Shown in pieces: positions 62,850 through 64,000 of a DNA stretch of 64,000 nucleotides (its first letter is position 1; the number at the start of each line of letters is the position of its first letter). A model generated the notes under the pieces. That model was given only the letters and a program-made list of their open reading frames with translations, searched no databases and was not told the DNA's origin. A program made the translations under genes and the position numbers. Location: assembly GCA_965649765.1 (NCBI GenBank), contig OZ287749.1, positions 39,928,001 through 39,992,000 of the forward strand. The letters are read 5' to 3'. The stretch comes from Bispira polyomma. Its lineage: Eukaryota.

Positions 62850-63310
62850 ACCACATCAAAAGATTCCCAAGCCTTGATTTCCTACATCTTGGTTTCATAT
62901 TCCAAAACTCTAGGACCAATAATAAACGAGATATAGGCACTTTTAATTTTGGCCATCAGCATTTGACCTTGAACGAGAGGTTTAAGGTCAAATCTGAGTA
63001 CATCAAAAGATTCCCAGTCCAGATTTTCTATAGGTTAGTTTGGCACTCCAAACCTCTGGGAGCAATATTAAGTGAGATATAGGCATTTTTAAGTTTGGCC
63101 ATTCTTGTTTGACCTTAAGGGAGAGGCCCAAGTACAAATCTGAGCACATCAAAAGATTCCCTGCTCAGGATTTCCTATAAGTTGGTTTCAGATCCCAAAC
63201 CTCTAGGACCAATATTTAGCAAGATATGTTTGGCCAAAATCGGTCACTTTGGGTACATTGGCACTCTCTCGATGACCTTGAATGAGGAGATTCAAGGTCA
63301 AATGTCTGTA
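62850..63310. repeat. About 147-bp degenerate tandem repeat (3 units) with TGACCTTG/AAGGTCA motifs
   Basis: CATCAAAAGATTCCC at about 62854, 63001 and 63147; similar GACC-rich repeats at about 2480-2940. Confidence 0.75.
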
Positions 63311-64000
63311 AACGTTTACTGGACATATACATCCATTAAACATATTACCCATAAAGATCTTGTTTTTTCAAAATGAGGCCAAAATTACTCCCACGCAAGC
63401 TTTTGTAATAAAGAACATTTCCTGTAAATTTCAGGAGCCTAAGTGTAAAAGTTTTCCAAAGAGAGCGGTAACGGTAAAATCTTTACATACACTGATAAAA
63501 CTAATGTATCCACTGGAGTTTTTCCAGTGGATAAAATTACAACGATCTATACAGGTGGAAATTTAATCATCTTTGTCCTAATTTTATATTTCTTTGAATG
63601 TCAGCAATTTGTCTCTGAACAGTTTTGTGAGGAAAATAGAATTTATCTAGATACCTTAGTTATATTTGCTTTTCAAGCAGATCCAATGTCACGTTTAACA
63701 AAGTAAAATATCAATCCAATACAATACACCCGGGTCATTTTTTAAATGTGGTCCTTTAATTATAGGGGTTATACTTTCATGGTAATTAGATCAATGTGGT
63801 CTCAATAACAATTTGTTATTTTTCTACATGTAGCAGTGGTAATCTACGATTCAAGGTTACATGTTAGGTCATGTGCAACAAATACCATCTATGATCCAAT
63901 GTCACATGTTATCTGTGTCACTAAGGTGGCATCCTTGGTTTAAACCCCTATTATATCAGAGGGCTGGTTGGGGAAGTATATCCTCCCTGTATATAAGACT

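Overview
AT-rich eukaryotic (invertebrate animal, probably lophotrochozoan/mollusc-like; inferred) genomic DNA. The only host gene I can support is a minus-strand Cys-loop ligand-gated ion channel (nicotinic acetylcholine receptor-like, non-alpha subunit). I reconstructed it by hand as 8 coding exons (38064-37970, 28248-28062, 27312-27203, 22525-22329, 19345-19091, 16260-16174, 15665-15553, 13282-12872; 1455 nt, 484 aa). All junctions are GT-AG and phase-consistent. A possible non-coding upstream exon lies at 56025-55907. The rest is intron/intergenic DNA with decayed non-LTR retrotransposons (CR1/L2-like, RTEX-like, Penelope-like), tRNA-derived SINEs, a solo LTR, a PIF/Harbinger transposase pseudogene, MITE/foldback elements and minisatellites. 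The most striking pattern is that several tandem repeats are built from the gene's own splice junctions: about 42 extra copies of the exon 5 end plus 5' splice site (34-bp unit, encoding the M1-M2 selectivity-filter codons), about 15 extra copies of the exon 4 3' splice site, a decayed 69-bp repeat of the exon 4 donor, and a triplicated candidate UTR exon plus donor. The channel also has an unusual pore (P-D-R at -2'/-1'/0', Gly at 9') and lacks the loop C vicinal cysteines.
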